Source: a virus
Length of the DNA: 64,000 nucleotides
IMG/VR virus record: IMGVR_UViG_2802429139_000001
Reading direction: 5' to 3' (one strand)
Shown here in pieces: positions 29,060 through 38,892 of this stretch (positions are counted from its first letter, which is position 1; each line of letters starts with the position of its first letter). Made by a program: the position numbers and the translations under genes. The notes beneath the pieces were generated by a model, which saw only the letters and a list, made by a program, of their open reading frames with translations, searched no databases and had not been told where the DNA came from.

Positions 29060-29428
29060 TTAAATATTGGCGTTAAGCTCGATCGAAGAATCTTCGATGT
29101 CCGAGAGATTCGTCGTCGTCAACGTGCCGTCTTCATTCCACTCTGCACGCATCTGCTCGAAGGCGTCTTTCGCGGCACTCCCCTGCTGCAGCTCGCGACG
29201 AATTGACAGCGCGACGTACGCGTAAAGCATCTCGTCGCCATCTGCCACGTGCAGCAGACCACAAGCGTCTTCGTCGTTTGTCCAGAGTCGCCCCACTGGG
29301 TGTTCCAGCCCTGGGTCCTGGAACAGGTCCACGTAGCGTCCAGCGCCAATGCGCGCGCCGGGGTAATCCGGCTGGCTATAGAACGTGCCCAGCTCGGCGC
29401 TGATGATGTCGTATACGCCGTTGGGCAA
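29060..29428 (-). CDS. Hypothetical acidic protein, candidate immunity partner of upstream toxin-like domains
   Basis: Immediately downstream of MuF-toxin gene and ahead of terminator. Confidence 0.5.
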   Translation of the reverse strand: MPNGVYDIISAELGTFYSQPDYPGARIGAGRYVDLFQDPGLEHPVGRLWTNDEDACGLLHVADGDEMLYAYVALSIRRELQQGSAAKDAFEQMRAEWNEDGTLTTTNLSDIEDSSIELNANI

Positions 29429-29447
29429 CCAGCGTGTGGGGATGGGA

Positions 29448-32400
29448 TTAGACAGGTTGATCCACCACCTCCACGATCACGTCAACCTTGAACTGTGACG
29501 ACCCGGTTGACTTGCGCACTTCCAGCACCTTCATCTTCTGATTACGAGGAAGGATAACCTCGCGCTCGTGGGTTCCGACGGAGGTCAGTTGATCCATTCC
29601 ATCCGGTGTGCCTGACACGAAGATGCCGCGCTGACCGGGCTTCATCTTGTAGAGCACGCGAACCGGGTTGTGGAATGCCGGTGTGGTGGTGATTGACGTA
29701 GACAGGAAGGACTTGGACACGTACGTCTCACCCTCTAGCACCTTGAGCGCGTCGATGTCAGCGCCGAAACTGAACTTCATTCCCAGACTGTTCTCGTCGT
29801 TGAACTCGACAGCGTGCGTACCGCGGCTGAGCACGATGTGCTCCTCAAACGGATTGTGCTCGTAGAAAGCCGAATCGAGCGCCTTGGTTTTGGCTGACGG
29901 CACCTTGTCTTCGCGAGCGTGCGCGTTCATTGTGCTGTAGCCGCTGCCGGTGTACGACTTGATGGCGCTGTGCTGGTTGGATTTCCAAGCCGAGGCATTC
30001 TGTGGCGACATCAGCGAGCCGAACTGCTGCCACTCAACTGCCTTGCCGCTGGCATCGAAAACGTGCGGGTTGTCGGCAGACCCGACGGGAGCCTTGGAGT
30101 CGGCGATAACCGTCTTGCCGAGCTTGGTCAGCTCGCCAGCGGGCTGCTCATGTTCGGGTGTGTACTTCGTACCCTGTTTGATGACGACAGGTTTCGGCTG
30201 TTCTTTGATCTTGGAGTTACCCTGGGCTTTGAGCTTGTCTAGCGCCTTCTTGGCCATGTCGTCGCCGAGTGCGTCACCGTACTTGCCGAGCCATTTGGTC
30301 TGGACCCCAACGTCGTAGTAGCCCAACAGGTTCGCCAACTGATCGGTAGTGAGCGCCGCGATGCCGAACTCTTTGTCGAATTCGGGGATGGCCTCGGAGA
30401 GCTTGATACCCTTCTCGACCGCGTACGCCTTGACGGGCTGGAAGAACCCGCCAGAGCCGGCGTTCTTCAGGAACTCCTGTTCCCATTCGAGGATCTTGGC
30501 CGACTTCGTCGGATTGTTTGTAACGGGCTGCGCCACAGCTGGTGTCGCGTTACCGTTCTTCATCTGCCAGTACTGCGCGGGGGTCATCTTCGACAGTTGG
30601 GCGAAGTTGGCGGTGTCGCCCTTCTTCTTCGCCACGTACTTGGCCGACGCGAGCGCCTTGCCCGCCTTCTTCAGCACGTCCCCGTCTAGGATCGGAGTCG
30701 GCCCGGTCGGTATCGGAGACGGTGGCAGGAAATCGCCCTGGGTTATGTTCAGCCCCGGGGGCACGGTAATGACCTCACCCTTGACTTTGGTGTTCGTCAG
30801 ACGCTTCTCGACTGCCTTGATGTAATAGGAGCTCAGATCAGTTGCAAGACTGTTCTTTCGGGCAACAACTGCATCCAGGAACGCGTCAACATTGTTCGTC
30901 GCAATGTTGCCGTTCGCCTCGGCCAACAGCTTTCCCTGTTTGACTGCACCTTCGGCATAGGGCCGAAATAGATTGCGGATCTCCTTGTCTGGGATCGCTT
31001 GCAGACCTTGGATATAACTCGCTAGTTCGTCGCCCGAGGGATTGAGCAACTTACCGGGCTTGCCTTCGGCATACTGCCGAAACAGCGTGTTGTAGATGGG
31101 TTCTGGCGTGCCGTGCTTGACGTTGGGGTGGTAGTTCCAGTCCAGCGTGTCACCGCTGAAATACTTGAACGCTTGACCCTTGTCGATGCCGACGATCTCG
31201 CCGCCACCAGTGCGAATGAACTGTCCGGCGTGGCTGTCGTGGTTACCCATTAACCAGTCGAGCGCGTGATGCTTCTGGATGGTCAACAGATCGGCTTCAC
31301 TGATTGTGGACAGATCAACCCCAGATGGGAAGGCGCTCTTGCTGCCAGGAAACATGTACTGGACGGACTGGCGCTTACCGCCTACCGTCATGATGTACAT
31401 CGCTGGTGTCGTCAAGCCCGACTTCGCTTGCAGCTCAGCAGATGCCGCATCCAGCGTGACCAGGAATTGATCATTCGGATTCTTGGGACCCTTGACCAGC
31501 CACTTCTGAGACTGCGAGTCGGTGTACACCGTGGCGCCGTGCGTGCCGAGTACCTGACCGGTGCTGGCGAGCACGTTCGGTGAATCCGTCAGCTCGCCAA
31601 CGACGACCTTCGGCTTGGTCGCGGTGGATACCGTGCCGACTCCGGCGGTCGGCGCTGTCTCTGGCGTGGTGACCTTGGCGGTGGCCGTCGTCGTGGCCTT
31701 GGATGCGTTGCCGCCCTTGGATTGCGCGTACTCCGCGGGCGTCATCTTGGCCAGTGCGTTGTACTTGGCGGTGTCGCCCTTCTTTTTGGCCGCATGCTTG
31801 GCCGCCGCGAGTGCTTTAGCCGCCTTCTTGAGATCGACGTTCGCGGCCGCGTTGGCCATTGCGGTGACCTTCGCGGATGCCTTGGCTGCCGCGGCTGCCA
31901 TCTCAAGCAATGTCTGCTGTTCGTTGTAGACCTGCTCGGCCTTGAGCCACGCGACGGTATTGGCGGCGGCCTTCTTGTTGGCCACATACTTGGCCTGCGC
32001 TGCGGCCTTGGCCTTCTTCTTGGTGAAGTCCTTCTCAGCGACGAGCCACGCCGTCGCGTCGGTCTGGTACTGCTGCTCGGCCGCGAGCCATTCGGCAGTC
32101 GCCTTCTTCTTGGCGACGTACTTGGCCTGCGCTGCGGCCTTGGCCTTCTTCTTGGTGAAGTCCTTCTCAGCGACGAGCCACGTGGTCACGTCCGCCTGGT
32201 GCTGTTTCTCAGCGTCAAGCCACTTGGCGAGGTCCGCCGGTGCCGGTGACTTCTTGGTAGACATCGCTACCAGTGTTGGCCCGCTGCCTGACGCGGCCAG
32301 TTCGTTGGCCCGCATTTTCGACAGGACCGCGTTGAGCGTCGGCTTGATCTGCTCAGCTTCGAGCTGCTTGACCGTTTCGATGTACTCGGCGTCCCAGTCC

Positions 32401-32990
32401 TGGTAGTACCCCGGACGCTGGAACTTGAGCTTTCCGCGGGCGACGGCTGGCACGCAATGGCAGTTGTCATGACCCGCTTGCGCCGCGTGAGCGCTGCGGT
32501 AGACCGCTCCGCGGGTGGCCATCACTCGGCAGAACTCGCACGCTCCGGGCGACGCCAACCGCGAGTATTTGACTTTCTCGGTATCGGCGTTGCGCAGAAT
32601 CGTCGCGCGCGCGCCGTCGAACACCATGCGCTGTGCCGAACCCGTCAGCCTGGTCAGCGGATGGGCGGTGCCAGCGGCGCGGAACGCCCACTCAAGGGAG
32701 TTCATCATGCGGTCTTGCGACACCGCGTCGATCGCGGCTACCGCCTTGGGTGTGTACGGCTCATCGGGTGCCAGCTCGCCGTACCACTGATTGGCGACCT
32801 CGGATGCGGCCTCGACATAGGGCTGTACTACCTCGGGAAAGACTGCCTTGAATGCGTCCAGCAGGTCGGCAGCGGTAGCACCGTCGCTTTCGAGCTTCTT
32901 GTACAGGCCCACAAGGTCTTTGGTGGACAGCGTCGAAAGATCACCCAGGACGCTCTGGAGGGCTTGAGCCTGCTCAACCAGGCTGGCCAA
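29448..32990 (-). CDS. MuF-family minor capsid protein fused to internal repeats, a PI3/PI4-kinase-like domain and a C-terminal C3/VIP2-like ADP-ribosyltransferase domain
   Basis: N-term ACEFCRVMATRGAVY...HDNCHCVP (Phage_Mu_F); GNHDSHAGQF...VGIDKGQAF; YTGSGYSTMNAHAR, FLSTS, HEREVILP. Confidence 0.8.
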   Translation of the reverse strand: MASLVEQAQALQSVLGDLSTLSTKDLVGLYKKLESDGATAADLLDAFKAVFPEVVQPYVEAASEVANQWYGELAPDEPYTPKAVAAIDAVSQDRMMNSLEWAFRAAGTAHPLTRLTGSAQRMVFDGARATILRNADTEKVKYSRLASPGACEFCRVMATRGAVYRSAHAAQAGHDNCHCVPAVARGKLKFQRPGYYQDWDAEYIETVKQLEAEQIKPTLNAVLSKMRANELAASGSGPTLVAMSTKKSPAPADLAKWLDAEKQHQADVTTWLVAEKDFTKKKAKAAAQAKYVAKKKATAEWLAAEQQYQTDATAWLVAEKDFTKKKAKAAAQAKYVANKKAAANTVAWLKAEQVYNEQQTLLEMAAAAAKASAKVTAMANAAANVDLKKAAKALAAAKHAAKKKGDTAKYNALAKMTPAEYAQSKGGNASKATTTATAKVTTPETAPTAGVGTVSTATKPKVVVGELTDSPNVLASTGQVLGTHGATVYTDSQSQKWLVKGPKNPNDQFLVTLDAASAELQAKSGLTTPAMYIMTVGGKRQSVQYMFPGSKSAFPSGVDLSTISEADLLTIQKHHALDWLMGNHDSHAGQFIRTGGGEIVGIDKGQAFKYFSGDTLDWNYHPNVKHGTPEPIYNTLFRQYAEGKPGKLLNPSGDELASYIQGLQAIPDKEIRNLFRPYAEGAVKQGKLLAEANGNIATNNVDAFLDAVVARKNSLATDLSSYYIKAVEKRLTNTKVKGEVITVPPGLNITQGDFLPPSPIPTGPTPILDGDVLKKAGKALASAKYVAKKKGDTANFAQLSKMTPAQYWQMKNGNATPAVAQPVTNNPTKSAKILEWEQEFLKNAGSGGFFQPVKAYAVEKGIKLSEAIPEFDKEFGIAALTTDQLANLLGYYDVGVQTKWLGKYGDALGDDMAKKALDKLKAQGNSKIKEQPKPVVIKQGTKYTPEHEQPAGELTKLGKTVIADSKAPVGSADNPHVFDASGKAVEWQQFGSLMSPQNASAWKSNQHSAIKSYTGSGYSTMNAHAREDKVPSAKTKALDSAFYEHNPFEEHIVLSRGTHAVEFNDENSLGMKFSFGADIDALKVLEGETYVSKSFLSTSITTTPAFHNPVRVLYKMKPGQRGIFVSGTPDGMDQLTSVGTHEREVILPRNQKMKVLEVRKSTGSSQFKVDVIVEVVDQPV

Positions 32991-34464
32991 CAGATGCCGC
33001 TCTACGGTCAGCCAGGGACGCTACCTGGCTGTCCTGGCGTGCATTCTCGACACCTTGACGGACCGACGCGACGAGGTTTGTGACCGTCGTCTTCTTATCG
33101 TCGATCTCCATCTGTCGTTGATCGGCCCGGCTGATGCCCAGCTTGTCGCGGGTGACGCGCGAGGTTGGGGTGTAGACGCCCTTGTCGATGAGTTTGGTCA
33201 CCGCGTCGGATGTGGCGGCGAAGGTTGGTGTCGCGGCGTCGCGCCACTGCGGGCGCACCTTGCGAATCTCGTCGGGTAGTTCGTTGAACTTCTTGCCCTC
33301 ACGGACCATCACGCACAGCCGCGCGGTCTCCGACCAGCCGCGGCCGAATGTCTTCTGGCGCTGCTCTGCGCGCTTGACGTGGCGGCCCTCTAGTGACCGG
33401 ATTGCGTCGGCAGACGGCGGGTTGTCTGTCTCGAATCCCAGATAGTTTGCAGGGACTGCTATTTCAGACGAGACGAGCTGGCTGAGCGTGCGCATCTGGC
33501 CGAAGAACGATTCCAGGCTGGCGCCCTTGAATTCCTTGATATCCGGGATCTCCCCGTACTCGTCGCGCTCCAACGCGATCATGCGGCCGATGTAGGACTT
33601 CCACGCCGGAACTGGCTTACCGTCCTCGCCGACAAAGAACGATTCCTTCGCGCCGAGCACCGCGCGCTGTGGCGATGCCAGGTACTCGCGCGCCACTTCC
33701 ATGTTGGCTAGGGTTCGCATGCCCGACTGCGTATGCGAGATAAGCGTTTCGGTGATTTCGGAGTGGCCATTGCGGCCACGCGCACCCGACCGCGGCCGGT
33801 TGATCATCTGGGCGACCAGCACGCGCTCTAGGTTGTGCTTGTTGCGGTCAACCACGCGCATGTTGCCCACGCCCGCGGCGCTGAGTTCCATCGGGACGCA
33901 TTCCAGGGCGATGATTTCGTTGGGCAAAATCAGCCGCCCGCCGACCACACGCTGCTCACGGTCAACGATCTGGAGGAACGCCGAGGTGGCACGCCGGGTT
34001 CGGGGGTCGTAGATCGCGGTCATGTTCCGCGGCGACTCGACCGTCACGACCACTTCGGGCTCGTCATCGAGGCCGGAAGACACCGCCACAAAGGATGTTC
34101 CATACATCAAGCCGTCTGTGTGGTTGACATCAGACTCGACATCGAGATCGTTCTCCAGGAAGATCTCATCGAGGCCCAGCGGATCGCGGTCCTCGCCGTC
34201 ACCCTCGTATGACCAGCCCTCAAAGTTCAGCCGCTCGACCAAGCTGTCAACGGCGACGGCGGGCCAGCCGACACAGCACATCAGATTGGAAAGTGTTGGT
34301 GGAATGGCGATCTTGAGATCTTCCATTCGGCGCTTGGCCTCGTAATACTGCTCTTTGATCAGGTTTTCGCCCTGGTGCTTCTGGAGCTGAGTAGTCAGAT
34401 CCATCAGTACGGCTTGTTCGTCCTTCGACAACTGAAGCGACGGCAGCGCGATTGCAGTGGTCAT
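32974..34464 (-). CDS. Portal protein
   Basis: Size and position between TerL and MuF. Confidence 0.85.
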   Translation of the reverse strand: MTTAIALPSLQLSKDEQAVLMDLTTQLQKHQGENLIKEQYYEAKRRMEDLKIAIPPTLSNLMCCVGWPAVAVDSLVERLNFEGWSYEGDGEDRDPLGLDEIFLENDLDVESDVNHTDGLMYGTSFVAVSSGLDDEPEVVVTVESPRNMTAIYDPRTRRATSAFLQIVDREQRVVGGRLILPNEIIALECVPMELSAAGVGNMRVVDRNKHNLERVLVAQMINRPRSGARGRNGHSEITETLISHTQSGMRTLANMEVAREYLASPQRAVLGAKESFFVGEDGKPVPAWKSYIGRMIALERDEYGEIPDIKEFKGASLESFFGQMRTLSQLVSSEIAVPANYLGFETDNPPSADAIRSLEGRHVKRAEQRQKTFGRGWSETARLCVMVREGKKFNELPDEIRKVRPQWRDAATPTFAATSDAVTKLIDKGVYTPTSRVTRDKLGISRADQRQMEIDDKKTTVTNLVASVRQGVENARQDSQVASLADRRAASVGQPG

Positions 34465-36203
34465 CCGAGCACTACCATCCTTCCCTGGCTAGATGAGTTG
34501 ACGCGTACGCCGATGCCTTGCGCGTAGCAGTCGAGCCGCCCCTTGTACGCCATGACTGCCGCGTATGCGGCGTCAATCTTGTTGGGGGACTCTGGATATG
34601 CCTTGTGGATCAGGTAGCCGCGGCTGGCGGCGCGTTTTCGTGCGTTGAGAATGTGTTGCGTCAGCGCGAGGTCTCCGCCGTGACTGACCGTGATGACGGA
34701 GTCCTCCGCGCCGGCATCCTGACCGGAGGTGACGACGGCGTGACGGAAGATCTCGACGTGCTCGACTACGTTGATGCCCTTGCCCTTCGGCCAGGCCATC
34801 ATCGGATTTTTGACGGAGCACTTGACCTTGAGCCGTCGCCCGAAGTCCTTTTCCCATGCCACAACCTGCTCAGTCCAGCCGGTTGGATCAGCGTTGAACG
34901 CGATGACTCGGAAGTCTGCGAACGTCTTCCGCACTGCTGCGTCCACCTCGTGAACCGGGGGTACCCAGTTCTTTTCGTGTTTCTCGGCCTGCCAGATGCC
35001 GATGGTGAACAGTCGGCCGTCGTGGATGCGGCAACCGATCAGCGCTGTGGCGTCTGCTTTTCCGCGCTGGCGGCCGCGTGAGCCGTCGAACCCGACCGCA
35101 ATGAAGTCGCCTGGCTTGATGGGGTTTGGGTCTGGCTTGTCTTCGGCACCAACGCGAATCGCACTCCACTCGATCTGGCTGATCCACTGGTCTGACGCGT
35201 GCGTGATCTGATTCAGGTAATACCGGCGCGCGTCCTGCGGGTCGGTATCGTCATCCCAATACTCTTGGATGATGCGGTCAAGGTTGACCCATCCACCGTT
35301 GTCGTCGGCTGACTCGCCGTACGACACCCGCAGTCCCTCGCGCAGCGAGTCGTAGTCGGACGGATCGGTTTCCGGTGGCGCTTCGCGGTGGTCGTAGTAG
35401 AGGCCACCGGGCACCCGGCCCTCACCCTGTGGGCGCTCCGCGCGGATGAGCTGCGCCTGATAGGTCTTCCAGGATCGCTCGGCGACCGTGTTCTCACCGG
35501 GCAGGAACGCGTTTGGGGTCTCGACAGAGCAGCCGTTGACCTTACCGAGGTTGCGGCGGATGGTCCCTGCCAACCGCAGACCGCCGTTGGTCTCGGTCCA
35601 GCTCTCGGTCTGATCCATGGCGGTGAAAACGGGCCGGAAACCTTCACGGCTGATTCCGGCTGACGTGACGGCCTCGATTCGGCCACGTGGAACAGTGATG
35701 AACGTTTCCATCGGGTCAACGTCGTAGTCATCGAGCAGCCGATCACTGCTGCGCACCATGTCGAGGCAGGGGTCCCAGGTGTTGGCGGTCTGATCTTCTG
35801 AGACTGCGATGATTTGGACCTTCGGCTTGATGCCGAGATCGACCCAGGGGCGTCCTACGGGTTGACCATCAGCGTCCCAGCCGTCCATGACCACATCGCC
35901 AATTGCCTCGACGATGCACAGCGCGGCCACCAGCGGCGACTTACCCCAACCTTTGGGCCGGGAAAGTACCGCGCGGCGGATCAGCCGGCCGTTGTTCATC
36001 GCTCGGCCGACGATCGCGGTCCCAGGCTTGAACAGTGGGTCCACTTCATAGAGCCGAGCGACGAAATGCGCCTGTTCCGGCGTGAAGATCAGCGGCTCAC
36101 CCAGGCTTGGGCCGTCAACGACTTGGAGGTACTCGGTTATCCAGTCGAGTACGGCCCAGCCGAGCGTGGGGCGCTCACCGGGGACCGTTGGCTTCCAGGG
36201 CAA
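34461..36203 (-). CDS. Terminase large subunit
   Basis: ATPase and nuclease regions; upstream of portal. Confidence 0.9.
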   Translation of the reverse strand: MPWKPTVPGERPTLGWAVLDWITEYLQVVDGPSLGEPLIFTPEQAHFVARLYEVDPLFKPGTAIVGRAMNNGRLIRRAVLSRPKGWGKSPLVAALCIVEAIGDVVMDGWDADGQPVGRPWVDLGIKPKVQIIAVSEDQTANTWDPCLDMVRSSDRLLDDYDVDPMETFITVPRGRIEAVTSAGISREGFRPVFTAMDQTESWTETNGGLRLAGTIRRNLGKVNGCSVETPNAFLPGENTVAERSWKTYQAQLIRAERPQGEGRVPGGLYYDHREAPPETDPSDYDSLREGLRVSYGESADDNGGWVNLDRIIQEYWDDDTDPQDARRYYLNQITHASDQWISQIEWSAIRVGAEDKPDPNPIKPGDFIAVGFDGSRGRQRGKADATALIGCRIHDGRLFTIGIWQAEKHEKNWVPPVHEVDAAVRKTFADFRVIAFNADPTGWTEQVVAWEKDFGRRLKVKCSVKNPMMAWPKGKGINVVEHVEIFRHAVVTSGQDAGAEDSVITVSHGGDLALTQHILNARKRAASRGYLIHKAYPESPNKIDAAYAAVMAYKGRLDCYAQGIGVRVNSSSQGRMVVLG

Positions 36204-36692
36204 TTAGCCCGTCGACCCCAGCGGCCCGTACCGCCCTTTGGACCCGCCATCGGACTTCCCGCTCGGCTGACTGGCCTTCTTGTCGGCCTCATTGGCCGCG
36301 GCGAACTGAATGCGCAGACGAGCGCGGTCTTCCGGGGTCGCGCCGAATTTGGCAACGCGCAACCGCAGTTCGGCGGCCACTTTCACGTCGCCAGTCCAGT
36401 ACCGGGCGTGCAGTACCGCGGTGTCAAGCAGCTCCGACCAGTCCGTCGAAGTGAACTCTTTCGACAGCGGCGATTCCTTCCACATCTGCCACCACTCGAC
36501 CGTCCGCGCTGGCCACTTGAACCGCTGCGCGACGATCTCGCCCTCAACGCTGACCTCAAGGTCGAACTGCGGTAGCGGGGGCTGTTCAACAGGCTTAGCC
36601 GGGATGATGCGCATTACGTTGTCGCGACCACGGCGTGCGCCGTGTCCTGCAAGCCGATCCGGGTCCTTAGGACGCGGGCCTATTCCAGCCAT
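36204..36692 (-). CDS. Putative terminase small subunit
   Basis: Position directly upstream of TerL. Confidence 0.5.
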   Translation of the reverse strand: MAGIGPRPKDPDRLAGHGARRGRDNVMRIIPAKPVEQPPLPQFDLEVSVEGEIVAQRFKWPARTVEWWQMWKESPLSKEFTSTDWSELLDTAVLHARYWTGDVKVAAELRLRVAKFGATPEDRARLRIQFAAANEADKKASQPSGKSDGGSKGRYGPLGSTG

Positions 36693-36908
36693 GGGTGCCT
36701 GCTCTTTCTGTGCGCGTTTCGCGCGACCGTTTCGGTCAGGGTTGGCACTGAAACAGTGGCGAAACAGTGCCCTAGCTGCGGATATGCCGCATGTCTCAGC
36801 CGGGGTCGAAAAGGTCCAGACCCAGGCGGAGCCCCAGCGCCTATGCCAACCGGGGATTTCCGGGGGCCCAGGGGGCTCCCCTCCCCAGCCCCTCTGCGCC
36901 CGCGTGAG
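36693..36908. other. Probable cos/packaging region (GGCACTGAAACAGTGGCGAAACAGTGCC inverted/direct repeats, G-rich runs)
   Basis: Repeats between HNH and TerS genes. Confidence 0.35.
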
Positions 36909-37217
36909 CTATCGGTTGCGTCCTGGGTGTGGCTCTGGGTCCCGGTACCGCTTGCGGGTACGACCTTGAGCCGCTTGCTTAGCCGTCTTCTTCTTGTGGC
37001 ATGGGCTGCATACGCACTGGAGTTCGTCCACGGTGAGGGTCATGCGCCTATCGATGCCCCGTTGGGCCACACCGTCTTTGTGGTCCAGCTCTTCGTAGAC
37101 ACCCGTGCATCCGTCGTAGCGCAACTGACACTCATCGTTGTCTCTGATGCGCACAGTGCGGCGTACAGACGCCGGAACGTTGGTCCCAGTGCCTCGACCG
37201 TCACCTGCCCACACCAT
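36909..37217 (-). CDS. HNH endonuclease
   Basis: CQLRYDGC...LDHKDG...CSPCHKKK. Confidence 0.75.
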   Translation of the reverse strand: MVWAGDGRGTGTNVPASVRRTVRIRDNDECQLRYDGCTGVYEELDHKDGVAQRGIDRRMTLTVDELQCVCSPCHKKKTAKQAAQGRTRKRYRDPEPHPGRNR

Positions 37218-37218
37218 C

Positions 37219-37518
37219 TCAGTCTTGTGATGCGTCGTTGATGTCTTCGGTGACCCGTTCGAGAACCGTAACGTCGTCAACCACAACGTCATCGATCTCT
37301 ATGTCCGAGACCAAGAGCGTGAGGGTCAAGGTGTTGAGCGTGTTGGTATCGGTACTACCTAGGTGTACCGTCACCCCACCCTCGGCAATGAGCCCCGGCA
37401 CCTGCACGCCATCGACCAGTACAGTGTGGTCAGCAGTGATGTACACCCTCTGCCTGCCACCGCCTGCGAACTCGGATGATCCACCATGATCAGAGGGATA
37501 CGGATCAGCGATGTACAT
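37219..37518 (-). CDS. Hypothetical protein
   Basis: Operon position. Confidence 0.45.
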   Translation of the reverse strand: MYIADPYPSDHGGSSEFAGGGRQRVYITADHTVLVDGVQVPGLIAEGGVTVHLGSTDTNTLNTLTLTLLVSDIEIDDVVVDDVTVLERVTEDINDASQD

Positions 37519-38218
37519 GCGGTCTCCTCAGGGTCAGCTTGACCTCATCGCTTGACCAGTGCTCGCGTGTGCCAACCCGCCACCCCCTACGCGGGGTGAC
37601 CACTATGGCCCCGTCAACTATGCGTGGCCCACGGGGTACCCCATCGGAATGCTCATCGATAACCGTAGGTGTATCAGCATGATTCACCAAGCTAGGCCAG
37701 GTATATCCGATGCGATGCCCTATTGCGCTGGCCCAGTGTTCTATCGCATGGTCCTGTGCCATGAACACTGCGGGAGGCTGTGCCAGATGCTCCAGCATGC
37801 TCCGTACTAGCGGTGTACGGATGGCCACACCCACCGCGTGCAGCAGTACATGACCAGTGAGCCAGCACGGGGCGGCCGGCGTCTCCGGTGACAGCGCGCG
37901 AGCGATCGTACGAATGCTGGTCTGCGCGAACTCGGGCCTGCCCTTGCCCAGATACAGCGAGACGATCGGCGTGGGCGCAACCGCCAAAGCTGATTCCAGT
38001 TGTGCGCGAAATCCTTCGACAGGCTGCGCGTCGTCTTCAAGTACGACACTCCAGTCAGAGTCATACGCGGTCAGCATCGACCACACACGACGATGGTTAC
38101 CCTCGCAACCGAGATCGCCATCGTCGTACGCGACCACGTTCGCGTCAACAGCCCCGATCATGCCCTCGGCCTGAAGCATTCGATTCTGATGCGCAACAAC
38201 CCCAATTTGGATGTTCAT
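37505..38218 (-). CDS. Putative GT-A-like glycosyltransferase
   Basis: VLEDDAQP DxD-like motif; weak similarity only. Confidence 0.4.
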   Translation of the reverse strand: MNIQIGVVAHQNRMLQAEGMIGAVDANVVAYDDGDLGCEGNHRRVWSMLTAYDSDWSVVLEDDAQPVEGFRAQLESALAVAPTPIVSLYLGKGRPEFAQTSIRTIARALSPETPAAPCWLTGHVLLHAVGVAIRTPLVRSMLEHLAQPPAVFMAQDHAIEHWASAIGHRIGYTWPSLVNHADTPTVIDEHSDGVPRGPRIVDGAIVVTPRRGWRVGTREHWSSDEVKLTLRRPHVHR

Positions 38219-38892
38219 CGCCGCTTCGCAACCAGCATGTTGAAGTAGAACGCGATGGACTCGACAGGCACGTTCCACGCGTAGCGGGAGGGGAATAGAT
38301 CAAGCTCTGTGCGACCGCGGTAGTTGACTTCATCGGTCAACCGCTGGAAGAACTGCATCATCGTGAACTCGCCATCGCGCCTGCGCTTTTCGGGGTTCTC
38401 GTTGGCTTCCATGGACCCGTAATAGTGCTCATGGTAGGACGCGTGCGTGTCCTCCACGACGTAGATGCCACCCGGTGTGACGTGGCGAAACAGTAGCTCA
38501 AATGAGCGAATCGTCTTGGATGACAGATGACTTGCGTCATCTATGATCACATCGAATGGCCCATAGACCGCGGCTAGCTGATCTATCATCCCCTGATCAT
38601 CCTGCGAACCCTGCCAGAGCGTGATGCGCTCGTCGTCATCAGGCTGGACGTTCTTGGATTCCAGCTCGACCACAATGATCTCAGCGCCAGGATGTGGGAA
38701 GTACTCAGCCCACGTCCGGGCGCTGTTGCCACCACAGTCTGGGTCCTCGTGGCCACCCCAGCCCAGCTCCAGTAGCGTTATGGGCTTGTCGCGCAATGGC
38801 TCTAGCAGTGGCTCATAGATCGCCGTGTAATTGTGATTCAGCGACGACTTGTCTGTGCCATGCTTCTGCGCGATCTCATCGAGAGTCATCAT
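38215..38892 (-). CDS. Class I SAM-dependent (O-)methyltransferase-like protein
   Basis: LLELGWGG...DASH Rossmann-type motifs. Confidence 0.55.
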   Translation of the reverse strand: MMTLDEIAQKHGTDKSSLNHNYTAIYEPLLEPLRDKPITLLELGWGGHEDPDCGGNSARTWAEYFPHPGAEIIVVELESKNVQPDDDERITLWQGSQDDQGMIDQLAAVYGPFDVIIDDASHLSSKTIRSFELLFRHVTPGGIYVVEDTHASYHEHYYGSMEANENPEKRRRDGEFTMMQFFQRLTDEVNYRGRTELDLFPSRYAWNVPVESIAFYFNMLVAKRR

